DNA of 64,000 nt. It comes from an uncultured Planctomycetales bacterium (GTDB lineage Bacteria; Omnitrophota; Gorgyraeia; Zapsychrales; JANLHA01). Each line of letters starts with the position of its first letter. The stretch's first letter is position 1. This document shows positions 16,587-26,908 of the stretch, one piece after another. The notes under the pieces were generated by a model, which was not told where the DNA came from, ran no database searches, and saw only the letters and a list, made by a program, of their open reading frames with translations. The position numbers were made by a program, and so were the translations under genes. The stretch is taken from the NCBI GenBank assembly GCA_964595465.1, contig CAZQQI010000001.1:4952-68951 (forward strand), written 5' to 3'.

Positions 16587-17942
16587 TTAAGCCTCCGCCT
16601 CGTTTTTCATGTATTTTTCAATAAAATGGGTTGTCGCCTTCCCGTCCATAAAAACAGGATGGGACAGGATATCCGTATGCAGATCGATGGTGGTCTTGAT
16701 CGGGCTGACATAAAATTCATCCAGGGCCCTCAGCATGATCTGGATGGCTTCTATACGGTCGCTGCCGTAGGTGATCAGCTTGGCCACCATGGAATCATAA
16801 TACGGACTGATGGTGTATCCAGGATAAATATGGGTGTCGACCCGTACGCCCCGTCCGCCGGGCATGTTCAGCTCTTCGATCTTTCCCGGAGAGGGCATAA
16901 AGTTGTTCTTGGGGTCTTCAGCATTGATCCGGCATTCAACCGCCGCCCCTTCCAGACGGACATCCTTCTGGGAGAGGGTCAGCTTCTCGCCGGCCGCCAT
17001 GCGGATCTGTTCCTTGACCAGGTCTATGCCGGTGACCATTTCCGTGACCGGATGTTCGACCTGGATACGGGTGTTCATCTCCATGAAGAAAAATTCTCCC
17101 GACGCGTCAAGCAGGAACTCGATGGTGCCCACGCCTTCATAGTCGACGGATTGGCTGGCCTTGACCGCTGCGTCCCCCATGGCCTGACGCAGCTCATCGG
17201 TCAGAGCCGGTGAAGGCGATTCTTCGACCAGTTTCTGGTGGCGGCGCTGGATACTGCAGTCACGCTCGCCGAGATGGATCGTGTTGCCGAATTGATCCGC
17301 CAGGATCTGAAATTCGATATGGCGGGGGTCTGTGATATATTTTTCAATATAGACATCCGGGTTGCCGAAATTGGCCTCGGCTTCCTGACGGGCCATGGAA
17401 AACGCGCTGGTCAGGGTGACATCGTTATGACACACGCGCATCCCTTTCCCTCCGCCGCCGGCGGCCGCCTTAATAATGACAGGATACTTAATGGTTTTGG
17501 CGATCTCTACGGCCTGTTTCTGGTCGGTCACCACCCCTTCTCCCCCGGGGGTCAGCGGCACGCCGATCTTACGCATGGTTTCCCGCGCCTGAACCTTGTC
17601 CCCCATCAGGCGGATGGTTTCAGGAGACGGACCGATAAAATGGATATTGCAGGATTCGCAGATCTCGGCGAAATGGGCGTTCTCCGCCAAAAACCCGTAC
17701 CCCGGGTGAATGGCGTCGACGTCGGTGACTTCGGCGGCGGAAATGATCGCCGGGATGTTCAGGTAACTGTCTGTGCTGACGGCCGGACCGATACAGACGG
17801 CTTCGTCGGCAAAACGGACGTGCAGAGAATAGCGGTCTGCTTCGGAAAACACCGCCACGGTCTGAACACCCATTTCCCGGCAGGCCCGGATGATCCGCAG
17901 GGCGATCTCTCCCCGATTAGCGATAAGAACTTTTGAAAACAT
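16587..17942 (-). CDS. accC: acetyl-CoA carboxylase biotin carboxylase subunit
   Basis: [25 protein letters not shown]..., ATP-grasp fold, full-length AccC similarity. ATG at 17942 verified. Confidence 0.9.
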   Translation of the reverse strand: MFSKVLIANRGEIALRIIRACREMGVQTVAVFSEADRYSLHVRFADEAVCIGPAVSTDSYLNIPAIISAAEVTDVDAIHPGYGFLAENAHFAEICESCNIHFIGPSPETIRLMGDKVQARETMRKIGVPLTPGGEGVVTDQKQAVEIAKTIKYPVIIKAAAGGGGKGMRVCHNDVTLTSAFSMARQEAEANFGNPDVYIEKYITDPRHIEFQILADQFGNTIHLGERDCSIQRRHQKLVEESPSPALTDELRQAMGDAAVKASQSVDYEGVGTIEFLLDASGEFFFMEMNTRIQVEHPVTEMVTGIDLVKEQIRMAAGEKLTLSQKDVRLEGAAVECRINAEDPKNNFMPSPGKIEELNMPGGRGVRVDTHIYPGYTISPYYDSMVAKLITYGSDRIEAIQIMLRALDEFYVSPIKTTIDLHTDILSHPVFMDGKATTHFIEKYMKNEAEA

Positions 17943-17985
17943 AGGATGTCTTTCTATAAAATGGTCAACGAAAAAAACGATTGGA

Positions 17986-18438
17986 TTATGCCGGTTCAAC
18001 GACAAACAGCGGCTGACCGAATTCAACCGGTTCGGCATTATTGGCCGTTATCTCAACGACCTTGCCCTTGACATCAGACTTGATCTCGTTCATCAGCTTC
18101 ATGGCCTCGACAATGCAGACCACCTGGCCGACATCCACATTCTGTCCGACCTCGACGAAGGGGGGCGATTCCGGCGACGAAGCGCGGTAGAACGTCCCCA
18201 CCATCGGAGAGGTGATCTCCACCCCGGAAGGAGCGGATTTCACCGGACCCTCAACCTGGACTGCAGGAGCCGCCTGAGGCGCGGCCTGCGGTGCCGGTTG
18301 AGGCGCCGCTGCGACCTGCGCGGGCTGAGACCCGCCTTTTTTGAGAGTGAGTTTGGAACCCTCGCGCTCGACCTCGATCTCGGTCAATTCGTTATCGTTC
18401 ATCAGCTTGACGATCTCTTTGATCTCTTTGAAATTCAT
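17986..18438 (-). CDS. accB: acetyl-CoA carboxylase biotin carboxyl carrier protein
   Basis: P/A-rich linker and a C-terminal biotinyl domain with EAMKLMNEI (biotin-lysine motif). Confidence 0.85.
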   Translation of the reverse strand: MNFKEIKEIVKLMNDNELTEIEVEREGSKLTLKKGGSQPAQVAAAPQPAPQAAPQAAPAVQVEGPVKSAPSGVEITSPMVGTFYRASSPESPPFVEVGQNVDVGQVVCIVEAMKLMNEIKSDVKGKVVEITANNAEPVEFGQPLFVVEPA

Positions 18439-19001
18439 ATTTTGATCCTTTCAACGTATTCTGCCGTCCGGGTATCAATCTTGATCCTGTCCCCCTGCTC
18501 GACGAACAAAGGAACCTGGATCGTGGCGTCTGTCGCGATCCGGGCCGGCTTGGTCCCGGCCTTGGATGAGTCGCCCTTGAGCCCCGGTTCAGCGTAAGTG
18601 ATCTCAGCTTCGACGAAGATCGGCAGTATGATCTTCAGTACCTGCTGACCGTACATCAGACCGGTCACGGTCAAATTCTCCAATAAAAAATCCCTGGCGC
18701 TACCGATCTCATCCAGGGTGAGTTCCACCTGCTCGAATGTCTCATGGTTCATAAAATGATACGCGCCGCCGCCCTGATATAAAAATTCCAGCTCATGCTC
18801 TTCCAGCTGAACATCCTCCAGTTTATCCGCGGTCTTAAAGGTCTTTTCGACCACCGTGTCATTTTTGATGTTCTTGAGCTTAACCCGGGCGAAGGCTGTC
18901 CCTTTACCGGGCTTGACATGATGATAATCCTGGACCAGATAAAGGTCTCCGTCAATCATTAACCCCATGCCCGATGAAAGCTGATTGATCCCGATGGTCA
19001 T
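18435..19001 (-). CDS. efp: elongation factor P
   Basis: 188 aa; KPGKGTAFARVKLKN (conserved modified-lysine loop) and EF-P similarity over the full length. Confidence 0.9.
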   Translation of the reverse strand: MTIGINQLSSGMGLMIDGDLYLVQDYHHVKPGKGTAFARVKLKNIKNDTVVEKTFKTADKLEDVQLEEHELEFLYQGGGAYHFMNHETFEQVELTLDEIGSARDFLLENLTVTGLMYGQQVLKIILPIFVEAEITYAEPGLKGDSSKAGTKPARIATDATIQVPLFVEQGDRIKIDTRTAEYVERIKI

Positions 19002-19074
19002 ACGTGATGCTTCCCTTTGTCTTGTCCATTGAACCCGCGGACTCTGCCGGCCTTAGCCCTTCGTCCGATCCCGA

Positions 19075-20163
19075 TCAGCAGCGAAAGACCTGCGGTGCTT
19101 CCGGATCCTGACCCCGGCTTAAGATCTGACTTCCCTGTCCGGTTACCAGGACCATGTCCTCGACGCGTATCCCGTAATGCCCGGGACGATAAATGCCGGG
19201 CTCGACGGTCACCACCATGCCCGCGGAAAATGTCTCCCGGCTCTTAACAGAGACACGCGGGGGTTCATGGATCTCCAGACCCACACCGTGCCCCAGGGCA
19301 TGCGCGCAGTAGCGCAGTAAGTTGTTTTGCCGCAAGGATTTTCGCGCGGCCTGGTCCGCTTCCGCCACCGGACGCCCGGCAGCGATACCCGCGATCGCAC
19401 ACTGCTGGGCCTCGGCCACAGCACGATATGCCGCACGAATAGAATGGGGTATTTTATCGGAAAGGAAAATGCGTGTCAAGTCGCTCTTATACCCATTTTT
19501 CTCGATGCCGGCATCGACGAGAACCGGGTCCGCGGCCCGAATGCGGCGGCCGGTGACCCGGGCGTGCGGATAAGCGGAATTGGGACCGGAAGCCACGATA
19601 GGGTCAAAACTGAAGGAGACACCTCTGCGAAGGACAAAATCGGCCATGCGGTTTTTGATCTCCTGCTCTGTCTTTCCCGGCCGGATCACGCGCCGGAGAT
19701 AACGGAAAAGGTCCTGATTGATGCGGATGCTCTCGCGGATCGCCGCGATCTCAGCTTCGGTCTTGATCCGGCGCAGATCCTGGACACATCCGGAGACATC
19801 ACGCAGAACGGACTGGCGGGGACAATACTTTTTCAGTGTCTTCCAGAGCAACAAACTGATATGCCGGCCATCCACACCGGTCCGAAGACGGCTGTACCTC
19901 CCCAGGATGCGCGCTGTTTCAGCCGGCAGGCTTTTGCAGATCTCTTTGACAACCACTCCGTCCGGCGCCTGCTTTCTGACGTGTTCTGTATAGCGGGCAT
20001 CCGTTAAATAATACGTTTTGCGGGGCAGAACCAGCAGCCAGGCGTCTTCCGCCGGGACCCCGGTCAAATAGCGGATATCGGGCGGATGGACCACCAGATA
20101 GGCATCAAGTTTGGACTGTGCGATGCGGCGGCGGAATTGTGTGATCAGGGAATATGATGACAT
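19075..20163 (-). CDS. Xaa-Pro aminopeptidase / M24 family metallopeptidase
   Basis: Creatinase/prolidase N-terminal domain plus the M24 core with HALGHGVGLEIHE metal ligands. Confidence 0.8.
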   Translation of the reverse strand: MSSYSLITQFRRRIAQSKLDAYLVVHPPDIRYLTGVPAEDAWLLVLPRKTYYLTDARYTEHVRKQAPDGVVVKEICKSLPAETARILGRYSRLRTGVDGRHISLLLWKTLKKYCPRQSVLRDVSGCVQDLRRIKTEAEIAAIRESIRINQDLFRYLRRVIRPGKTEQEIKNRMADFVLRRGVSFSFDPIVASGPNSAYPHARVTGRRIRAADPVLVDAGIEKNGYKSDLTRIFLSDKIPHSIRAAYRAVAEAQQCAIAGIAAGRPVAEADQAARKSLRQNNLLRYCAHALGHGVGLEIHEPPRVSVKSRETFSAGMVVTVEPGIYRPGHYGIRVEDMVLVTGQGSQILSRGQDPEAPQVFRC

Positions 20164-20275
20164 ACCTGTGAGGACATCCTATAATAAAGGCCGGAATAAC
20201 GGATATCTTCCGGCGGATATGTTGTGTTCATTGATGACAGCTCCGTCTGCCCCTGGTGACGGGCGGCCTGGTGAC

Positions 20276-20719
20276 TTATTCTTCTTCCAGCAGGCCGGCG
20301 ATGGCCTCCAGACCGAGCAGATAACTGTTGACCCCGAAGCCGCTGATCTGGCCGTCGGCGACCGGCGCGATCAGAGATGTATGCCGGAATTCTTCCCGGG
20401 CGTAAATGTTGGAGAGGTGGACCTCTATGACCGGAATATCCACCGCGGCGACAGCGTCGCGGATCGCCACACTCGTATGGGTATAGGCGGCCGGATTGAT
20501 CAGAACCGCGGAAAATCCAGCGGACCGGGCCTGGCCGATCTTATCGACAAGATCCCCTTCATGGTTGGATTGAAAGGTCTCCAGAGAGAGACCGCAGTCT
20601 TCGGCAAGGGAAACGAGCTGGTCGTTGACATCTTCCAGCGAGATCTCACCATAAATGCCTTTTTCCCGCTGTCCCAAAAGGTTGAGATTAGGTCCATGGA
20701 TCACGAGGATACGTTTCAC
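20276..20719 (-). CDS. aroQ: type II 3-dehydroquinate dehydratase
   Basis: GTG start with a GGAG SD ([19 protein letters not shown]...), with conserved type II DHQase motifs (PNLN, HLSNI). Confidence 0.85.
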   Translation of the reverse strand: MKRILVIHGPNLNLLGQREKGIYGEISLEDVNDQLVSLAEDCGLSLETFQSNHEGDLVDKIGQARSAGFSAVLINPAAYTHTSVAIRDAVAAVDIPVIEVHLSNIYAREEFRHTSLIAPVADGQISGFGVNSYLLGLEAIAGLLEEE

Positions 20720-20916
20720 GCCTGCTCCTTTTTTGCTGTGTCGTCGCTCCCGGGCTGCTCGGACTGTTCGGCCTCTTCGACCAGCAGGACCGGAATACCT
20801 TCCTTCACGGGGTAGCGCAATCCGCATTGCCGGCACCGCAGATGATCGGCCTGCTCCTGAAGGCTGCCCTGACAGGAAGGACAGGCCAGGATCTCGAGCA
20901 ATTCTTTATCCAGCAT
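20716..20916 (-). CDS. Trm112/YcaR-like small zinc-ribbon protein
   Basis: [19 protein letters not shown]...[24 protein letters not shown], the Trm112p-like signature. Confidence 0.6.
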   Translation of the reverse strand: MLDKELLEILACPSCQGSLQEQADHLRCRQCGLRYPVKEGIPVLLVEEAEQSEQPGSDDTAKKEQA

Positions 20917-21301
20917 GCTGTTCTCCCTCTGGTGAGGATCCTGCTCCCTGCCCGGCACCCCGGGCAATATCCACGTATTTAACCTGCAGCTCGTAAACCG
21001 ACGCATTGATGAGGTCTTCTTCCTCTTTTGTCAGATTGCCCTGCGTCTTTTCTTTCAGCATGGCGAGGGTGTCGATCAGCAGGCGGGCCTGCTCCAAATT
21101 GACTTCGACTTTATTGTCGGCCATGGGGTTGCCCATAACTCCCAGAAAAATTAAGGCCTGCATGGTGAGGCTGGTGATATACGCCCGGAAGTCGAAGGGC
21201 TGCTCTTCATTCTTTTGATTCTGGTAGGCCTGGCCGGCTTCACTCTTGGTTTCGGCCGCGGCTTCTTTCCAGGATTCGTCGACATGTTTTTCGGCAGACA
21301 T
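20906..21301 (-). CDS. DUF1844-like protein
   Basis: Acidic N-terminus followed by FDFRAYITSLTMQALIFLGVMGNP, resembling DUF1844 family proteins. Confidence 0.5.
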   Translation of the reverse strand: MSAEKHVDESWKEAAAETKSEAGQAYQNQKNEEQPFDFRAYITSLTMQALIFLGVMGNPMADNKVEVNLEQARLLIDTLAMLKEKTQGNLTKEEEDLINASVYELQVKYVDIARGAGQGAGSSPEGEQHAG

Positions 21302-21341
21302 AATGCCCCTTTCTTAATATATGTTTTGATACAACGGATTT

Positions 21342-21370
21342 AGATTATCAGACCGGTTCCGGCTTGTCAA
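21342..21370 (-). promoter_or_regulatory. sigma70-like promoter TTGACA-17-TAATCT upstream of the DUF1844-trm112-aroQ genes
   Basis: Minus-strand hexamers read directly: TTGACA 21370..21365, TAATCT 21347..21342. AAGAAAGGGG SD follows. Confidence 0.4.
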
Positions 21371-21379
21371 TATAACCTG

Positions 21380-22081
21380 TCATTCGCTGACCTCGAAGGA
21401 GATCACGACATTAAACGATAATTCCGGATAATCCAGACCCGACGGGAACGGCGGGAATGGGGCCGATTCTTTAATGCTGCGCAGAGCCACCCCGCGCAGG
21501 TAGCTGTTAGCCCGGGTGCGGTCATCGATGATCTTGACCTGCTTAAGGCTTCCGTCGGCGGCCAGGACAAAGGCCAGATAAACTTCTCCTTCGGCGAAAC
21601 GCGGATCGTCGACATAAAAATAAGCGCGGTTCCTGATCCGGTTGCGGACCTGCTCGTGATAGGTCAGGTAGCCGGCGGAGGCCATTTTTTCTGATTTCAG
21701 AACCGGAACTTTGATCGCCCGTTTGCCTTTCCACTGTTTGATCCGGGTCAGGGCCTTTTGGGGGGCAGGACGGCTGGCGCTTTTGGCGCGCGAGGGCTTG
21801 GGAAGGGGCAGCGGCATTTCCGCCCTTTCCGGCCTGGTGATCTTGGGGAAATACGGGTCTTTGGGCTTAGCCACCGGCTGCATACCCTTCTTAGGCGATG
21901 GGGTCTGTGCCGGCTGATTGGGTAAGGACTGATAAACAATGGAGGTCGTGCTGTGTTTGACCTGGACCCGGTCTTTCCACTGGGTAAAAAAGAAGACAAT
22001 GAAAAGAAAAACATGAATCAGCAGGGATGTGATCAGGGCGTAACGGAAGATCCTGTTTTCCAGGGTGATGAACGTCGGCAT
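21380..22081 (-). CDS. TonB C-terminal domain protein (energy transducer TonB family)
   Basis: N-terminal TM, a Pro/Lys-rich spacer (PLPLPKPSRAKSASRPAPQK) and a C-terminal TonB_C-like domain. Confidence 0.6.
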   Translation of the reverse strand: MPTFITLENRIFRYALITSLLIHVFLFIVFFFTQWKDRVQVKHSTTSIVYQSLPNQPAQTPSPKKGMQPVAKPKDPYFPKITRPERAEMPLPLPKPSRAKSASRPAPQKALTRIKQWKGKRAIKVPVLKSEKMASAGYLTYHEQVRNRIRNRAYFYVDDPRFAEGEVYLAFVLAADGSLKQVKIIDDRTRANSYLRGVALRSIKESAPFPPFPSGLDYPELSFNVVISFEVSE

Positions 22082-22765
22082 TCAGGCCTTTTCTTTCTGT
22101 TTGTTCCGCCGGAAAATTTCGCGCAGATAATAACGGAGAAAATTCAGGGTATCCCTCAGCGGATTGATCTTACTGTGTTCTCCGGCATAAATGGTGCTGA
22201 TATCAACGCTGCTGATCGGATAGCCGGCACGCGACGCCTGGACCAGGACCTCGGTCTCGATCTGAAATTCACTGCTTTCCAGAGAGACCTTGCGCAGGAT
22301 ATCGCAATGAATATAGCGGAATCCGCACTGGGTGTCGGGAATGCGCTGACGGCATAAATGCGAGATCAGAACAGACATGACGCGGTTGGTCCATAAACGG
22401 ACCAGGGGCATGGCCCGGACATCACGCATACGCGAGCCGCTGATGATCCCGACGGGACACGCTCTGGCGGCTTCCAGGAACGCCGGCAGATCCTGGGCTA
22501 AATGCTGACCGTCACCGTCCATGGTGATCACACCGTCGTAGTTTTCTGCGAGGGCGTGCGCAAAACCGTGCCGCAGGGTGGCGCCTTTGCCGGAGCGGGC
22601 GGGACGTCTGAGCACCCGGGCCCCGGCCTCCCCCGCCAAACGGGCGGATTCATCTGTCGATCCGTCGTCTACGACAATGATATCCATTCCGTACTCCCGG
22701 ACCGCTGCCACGACGCCGGCGATATATTCTGCTTCGTTATGGATAGGGATCACGACGCAAAACTT
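22082..22765 (-). CDS. family 2 glycosyltransferase (DPM1-like / polyprenol-phosphate or lipid glycosyltransferase)
   Basis: MKFCVVIPIHNEAEYI...VVDDGSTDES...TMDGDGQH (DXD) GT-A motifs. Confidence 0.75.
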   Translation of the reverse strand, partial: KFCVVIPIHNEAEYIAGVVAAVREYGMDIIVVDDGSTDESARLAGEAGARVLRRPARSGKGATLRHGFAHALAENYDGVITMDGDGQHLAQDLPAFLEAARACPVGIISGSRMRDVRAMPLVRLWTNRVMSVLISHLCRQRIPDTQCGFRYIHCDILRKVSLESSEFQIETEVLVQASRAGYPISSVDISTIYAGEHSKINPLRDTLNFLRYYLREIFRRNKQKEKA

Positions 22766-23661
22766 CATGTATGAGTCACCTTTTCCGGGCCTTTCCGGGA
22801 ATCGATCCAGAACCTGCGGAAGATCAGCCATTGGGCGGGATCTTCACGGATATAATATTCCAGAACAGCGGCCTGCTGATCTAAAAAATGTTCGACAAAA
22901 GAACCCTCGTCAACGTTGGGATAACCGTCCGGCTGTTCAAACAGATCTCCGATAAGGAGACGGTACGTATCGTCGTCATTACGGTAAAGAAAAGCAGGCA
23001 GGACTGCCGCGCCGGTCCGGTAAGCAAAAAGCGCGGCGCCTTTGGGGATCATGGTCAGATGCCCGAAAAGCGGCCGCGGTTCGCCGGTAGCGGTAAAATC
23101 GCGGTCAGCCAGCATGGCCACGATGCCGTTGTCTTTCAGCACGCGCAGGCAGCGGCGGATGGATAAATTGACCGGGACCACGTTCATGCCTTTGAGACGC
23201 CGCTGCTGATTGAACAGTTCGTTGACCTTGCGTTCCCGGTGCGGAAGCGCGATCGCGGTAACCGGATAACCCAGATGTCCCACGAGCAGACCGCCTAATT
23301 CCCAGTTCCCCAGATGGGCGGTCAGCAGGATCACACCTTGTCCGCGGGCAAGCGCCTTTTCTAATTTTTCAAATCCGGTTAAAAACAGCCGGTCCTGCAG
23401 CAAGCTGTCATTAAGATCGTGTTTGATGCGGAAAAAATCGACCAGGAATTTTCCGAAATTTTTAAAGACCTGCCGGGACAGATCATCAAGAGGCGCGTGC
23501 GGACCGCAGACAGCCCTTAGATTTTTCCGGACGGCCTGCCGGTCACGCGGGGAGAGCCGGAACTGTATTCCGGCAAAAAACTCTGCCAGAGAATACGCGG
23601 CTTTCCGCGGGATAAGATTGATCAGCCATTGCCCGATTTTGTAAAGCAGATATTTGACCAT
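22765..23661 (-). CDS. LpxL/HtrB-family lysophospholipid (lipid A-type) acyltransferase
   Basis: 298 aa; N-terminal membrane anchor and LPLAT-family similarity (HLGNWELGG region). Confidence 0.7.
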   Translation of the reverse strand: MVKYLLYKIGQWLINLIPRKAAYSLAEFFAGIQFRLSPRDRQAVRKNLRAVCGPHAPLDDLSRQVFKNFGKFLVDFFRIKHDLNDSLLQDRLFLTGFEKLEKALARGQGVILLTAHLGNWELGGLLVGHLGYPVTAIALPHRERKVNELFNQQRRLKGMNVVPVNLSIRRCLRVLKDNGIVAMLADRDFTATGEPRPLFGHLTMIPKGAALFAYRTGAAVLPAFLYRNDDDTYRLLIGDLFEQPDGYPNVDEGSFVEHFLDQQAAVLEYYIREDPAQWLIFRRFWIDSRKGPEKVTHT

Positions 23662-23688
23662 GCCTGACAGGTGCGTTAAACAGCCGGA

Positions 23689-24852
23689 TTAAATGTCGAC
23701 TTTTTCATCCAGGATCAATTTGGCGATATCCAGCGCGCCGTGAGGATGCGCTTCGGCGTAGGCGGCCTTGCGCATGTCCGCGATCTTGTCCGGTGATTTC
23801 AGCACAAGTTCGATCTCCTCGCCGATGTCGCTGGTTTTATCGATACGGATGGCGATGCCTTTTTTCAGCAGAAAATCGGTATTGCGCATCTCCTGGCCCG
23901 GCAGAGGATTGACGATCACCATAGGCAGCCCTTTGGACAGACATTCGCTGGTGGTCATGCCCCCGGGTTTGGTCACGATCAGGGTCGCGATCTCCATCAG
24001 TTCATCGACATTATTGGCGTATTCGTAAAACAGCAGGGTCTTGTTGGCATGTGACTTTTTACGTTTTTTGCTGCGCTGTTTGCCCAGCCATTTCATCAAT
24101 TTTTTATTGACCCCGGTCAGCACGATCATCTGCAAGGGGCTGTCGATCTTTAACAGCGAACGCACCACATCACGGATCGGTCCCAGACCCTGACCTCCGC
24201 CCATGATCAGGACGGTGGGGACTGACGGGTCGATGCCCAGTTTTTTGGCGATGGGTTTTTTGTCAAGCTGAACAGAAAATTTGGACCGGATCGGAATGCC
24301 GTAAACTTTAATGCTGTCTTCAGAGATCCCTTTGGTCATAAACCGTTCTTTGGCCTCGCTCGAAGGGACGACGTAATAATCCACACCTTCGTTCAGCCAG
24401 AAGGAATGCGGGGCGTAATCTGTCAGAACACCGACAAGTTTGAATGTGGCGCCGCAGTCGCGTTTGTAGGCCGCGACCATCCCGCAGGGAAAGGCCTGTG
24501 TGCAAACAATGGTGTCGGGGCGGTATTTTTTTACCAGGCGGTCGATCTTGTCATGACTGGTCTTGTGCAGAAAATCTTTGATCGGTTTAGATTTCTTAAC
24601 AATTTTGGGGTTGTCGTACATGTAGTCCCAGACTTTGGGGGTGGTTTTGATCACGCCCATGTAGGCGCTGTTGACCACCTTTTCCAAACGGGGATAGGTG
24701 TAGCCGAAACCGTTGACCGTCGGGGCTTCGGCATTAGGGTCAAGCTGTTTGACGGCGCGCTGAATGGCCATGGTCGCCTGCCGGTGGCCCGACACCCGGG
24801 TAATGTACATCAGCAGGATCCGCCGTTTTTTGGTCCGCGAATGAGGCGTCAT
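23689..24852 (-). CDS. MGDG-synthase-like / processive diacylglycerol glycosyltransferase (GT28 family)
   Basis: N-terminal MGDG_synth-like region and a C-terminal GT-B domain (LIMGGGQGLG...VTKPGGMTTSECLSKGLPMV). Confidence 0.7.
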   Translation of the reverse strand: MTPHSRTKKRRILLMYITRVSGHRQATMAIQRAVKQLDPNAEAPTVNGFGYTYPRLEKVVNSAYMGVIKTTPKVWDYMYDNPKIVKKSKPIKDFLHKTSHDKIDRLVKKYRPDTIVCTQAFPCGMVAAYKRDCGATFKLVGVLTDYAPHSFWLNEGVDYYVVPSSEAKERFMTKGISEDSIKVYGIPIRSKFSVQLDKKPIAKKLGIDPSVPTVLIMGGGQGLGPIRDVVRSLLKIDSPLQMIVLTGVNKKLMKWLGKQRSKKRKKSHANKTLLFYEYANNVDELMEIATLIVTKPGGMTTSECLSKGLPMVIVNPLPGQEMRNTDFLLKKGIAIRIDKTSDIGEEIELVLKSPDKIADMRKAAYAEAHPHGALDIAKLILDEKVDI

Positions 24853-25103
24853 TCTGAACTGTCCTTCCTAATTTCAATCTCGGCGATCGGTGCGCCGATC
24901 TGTACGGTTTCGCCCGGGGACACCAGTATTTTTTTCAAAATGCCGTTTTCTCCAGCGGCAATGTTAAAGGTCGCCTTGTCCGTGACCGCCTCGGCAACAT
25001 CATCATCGGTCCGGACAGCGTCCCCTTCTTGAACATGCCAGCAGGCAACCACCGCTTCGGTAATATCTTCGCCCAATTCCGGGACACAGATCTCTTTTTT
25101 CAT
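24849..25103 (-). CDS. stand-alone lipoyl-domain protein (84 aa)
   Basis: VPELGEDITEAVVACWHVQEGDAV...EAVTDKATFNIAAGENGILKKILVSPGETVQIGAPIAEIE: E2-type lipoyl domain with the lipoyl-lysine in the TDKA motif. ATGA overlap with the downstream GT gene. Confidence 0.6.
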   Translation of the reverse strand: MKKEICVPELGEDITEAVVACWHVQEGDAVRTDDDVAEAVTDKATFNIAAGENGILKKILVSPGETVQIGAPIAEIEIRKDSSE

Positions 25104-25126
25104 TTTCTACTCCTGATAAAATCCTA

Positions 25127-25756
25127 TTATTCAGGGAACGCATCTCTGAATGTCTGAACCAGGCGGTCTTTGGCTACGTTCATATCGACCGGCTCACCCT
25201 TTTCCCGGGCCATTGAGGTCATCTGCACATCCAGGCCGCAGGGTTTGATCAAAGAGAACAACTCCAGATCGGTATTAATATTGATCCCTACACCGTGAAA
25301 GCTGATCCACTTTTTGATCCCGATCCCGATCGAAACACATTTCCGCGGCCCGACCCACACCCCTGTGCGGCCGCTCATCCTTTCTCCCACTATATCAAAT
25401 TGGGCCATAAAATCAATCGCAACCTGCTCTAATTGATGAAGATAACGGTGAAGATCCCGGCCGTGACGGGTGAGATCCAGAATGGGGTAAGCGACCAGCT
25501 GACCCGGTGCGTGCAGGGTCACGTCCCCTCCGCGGTCCACGTCTAAAGTACGAATGCGGTGCTCTACCAACCACTCCGAACCCTTGAGAACGTGTACCTT
25601 GTGCGCGCTTCTGCCTAAGGTCAATACAGCCGGATGCTCACAGAGCAAAAGCCGTTCTCCTTCTCCCTGGCGCACCTTCTCAACCTGCTCGTACTGAAAT
25701 TGCAGCGCTGAGGCATACCCAATTGTTCCCAGATCAACAATGATCATGTTTTTCAA
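25127..25756 (-). CDS. lipB: octanoyltransferase (lipoyl(octanoyl) transferase)
   Basis: LLLCEHPAVLTLGR...DRGGDVTLHAPGQLVAYPILDL...KCVSIGIG...PCGL: LipB catalytic Lys/Cys motifs. Confidence 0.85.
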   Translation of the reverse strand: MKNMIIVDLGTIGYASALQFQYEQVEKVRQGEGERLLLCEHPAVLTLGRSAHKVHVLKGSEWLVEHRIRTLDVDRGGDVTLHAPGQLVAYPILDLTRHGRDLHRYLHQLEQVAIDFMAQFDIVGERMSGRTGVWVGPRKCVSIGIGIKKWISFHGVGININTDLELFSLIKPCGLDVQMTSMAREKGEPVDMNVAKDRLVQTFRDAFPE

Positions 25757-25814
25757 AAAGAAAGGCCGGGGACCTGATCACGCGCTGCCGCGTCCCATCT
25801 CCGGCTGGGTTCCA

Positions 25815-26897
25815 TTACAATAATTTTCGGCAGACCGCCCGGGCCATTTCCTGTGTGCCGACAGCCGCGCCGCGGTCCTGTTCCGGTTTAAGATCAGCCG
25901 TGACCTGTTCCCCTTCAGCGATCACCGCGCGCACAGCCCGCTCCAGGCGGGACGCCGCCTCTTCTTCTTCCAAATAACGCAGCATCATCACCGCCGAAAG
26001 AATTGTCGCCGTAGGATTCGCGAGATTCTGGCCAGCAATAGCCGGAGCTGAACCGTGCACCGGCTCAAATAACGCGGCCTGATCACCAATATTAGCTCCC
26101 GGCGCCATCCCCAGCCCGCCGACCAGACCAGCGCAAAGATCCGAAACAATGTCCCCGTACAGATTCGACAGAGCCAGAACATCATAATCCTGCGGCCGCT
26201 GTACCAGCTGCATGCACATGTTGTCGACAATGACATCTTCACATTCCACCCGACCGGCATACTCCCGGGCCACCTCACGTCCGATCCTAAGAAACAGCCC
26301 GTCGCTGTACTTCATAATGTTTGCCTTGTGGACCAGTGTCACTTTCTTCCGGCCGTTGCGGACCGCATAATCGAACGCAGCCTTAACGATTCTCCGGCTT
26401 CCGGAAACCGAGATCGGCTTGATCGAGATCGCCGCATCATCACGGATCTGCCGTTCAGACAGCGCGTTCAGCTGAGCGATCAGACGAAGCGTCTTCTCCT
26501 CACCGACGTCAAATTCGATCCCGGCATACAGGTCTTCTGTATTCTCACGAAAAATGACCAGATCAATATCACCGGCAATGCTCCGGACCCCCGGCATGGA
26601 CAGAACCGGACGCACACAGGCATACAGGTCCAGCTGCTGCCTCAAAAAAACATTTACCGATCGAAATCCCTTCCCGACCGGTGTCGCGACCGGCCCTTTG
26701 ATCGCCACACGGTTCCGGCGAATAGATTCCAGCACATGTCCGGGTACAGGCGTGCCGTATTCCGCCAGCAGATTTTCTCCGGCGTCGCATTCTTCCCAAT
26801 CAATATCGGCGCCGGCGGCATCGACACACATTCTCATAGCCGCAGTCACCTCAGGCCCGATCCCATCCCCGGGGACCAGTGTCACGCGGTGTGCCAT
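25815..26897 (-). CDS. NAD-dependent isocitrate dehydrogenase (isocitrate/isopropylmalate DH family)
   Basis: NLYGDIVSDLCAGLVGGLGMAPGANIG matches the IDH3-type motif; SVNVFLRQQLDLYACVRP. Confidence 0.75.
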   Translation of the reverse strand: MAHRVTLVPGDGIGPEVTAAMRMCVDAAGADIDWEECDAGENLLAEYGTPVPGHVLESIRRNRVAIKGPVATPVGKGFRSVNVFLRQQLDLYACVRPVLSMPGVRSIAGDIDLVIFRENTEDLYAGIEFDVGEEKTLRLIAQLNALSERQIRDDAAISIKPISVSGSRRIVKAAFDYAVRNGRKKVTLVHKANIMKYSDGLFLRIGREVAREYAGRVECEDVIVDNMCMQLVQRPQDYDVLALSNLYGDIVSDLCAGLVGGLGMAPGANIGDQAALFEPVHGSAPAIAGQNLANPTATILSAVMMLRYLEEEEAASRLERAVRAVIAEGEQVTADLKPEQDRGAAVGTQEMARAVCRKLL

Positions 26898-26908
26898 CGC
26901 ACCCTCTC

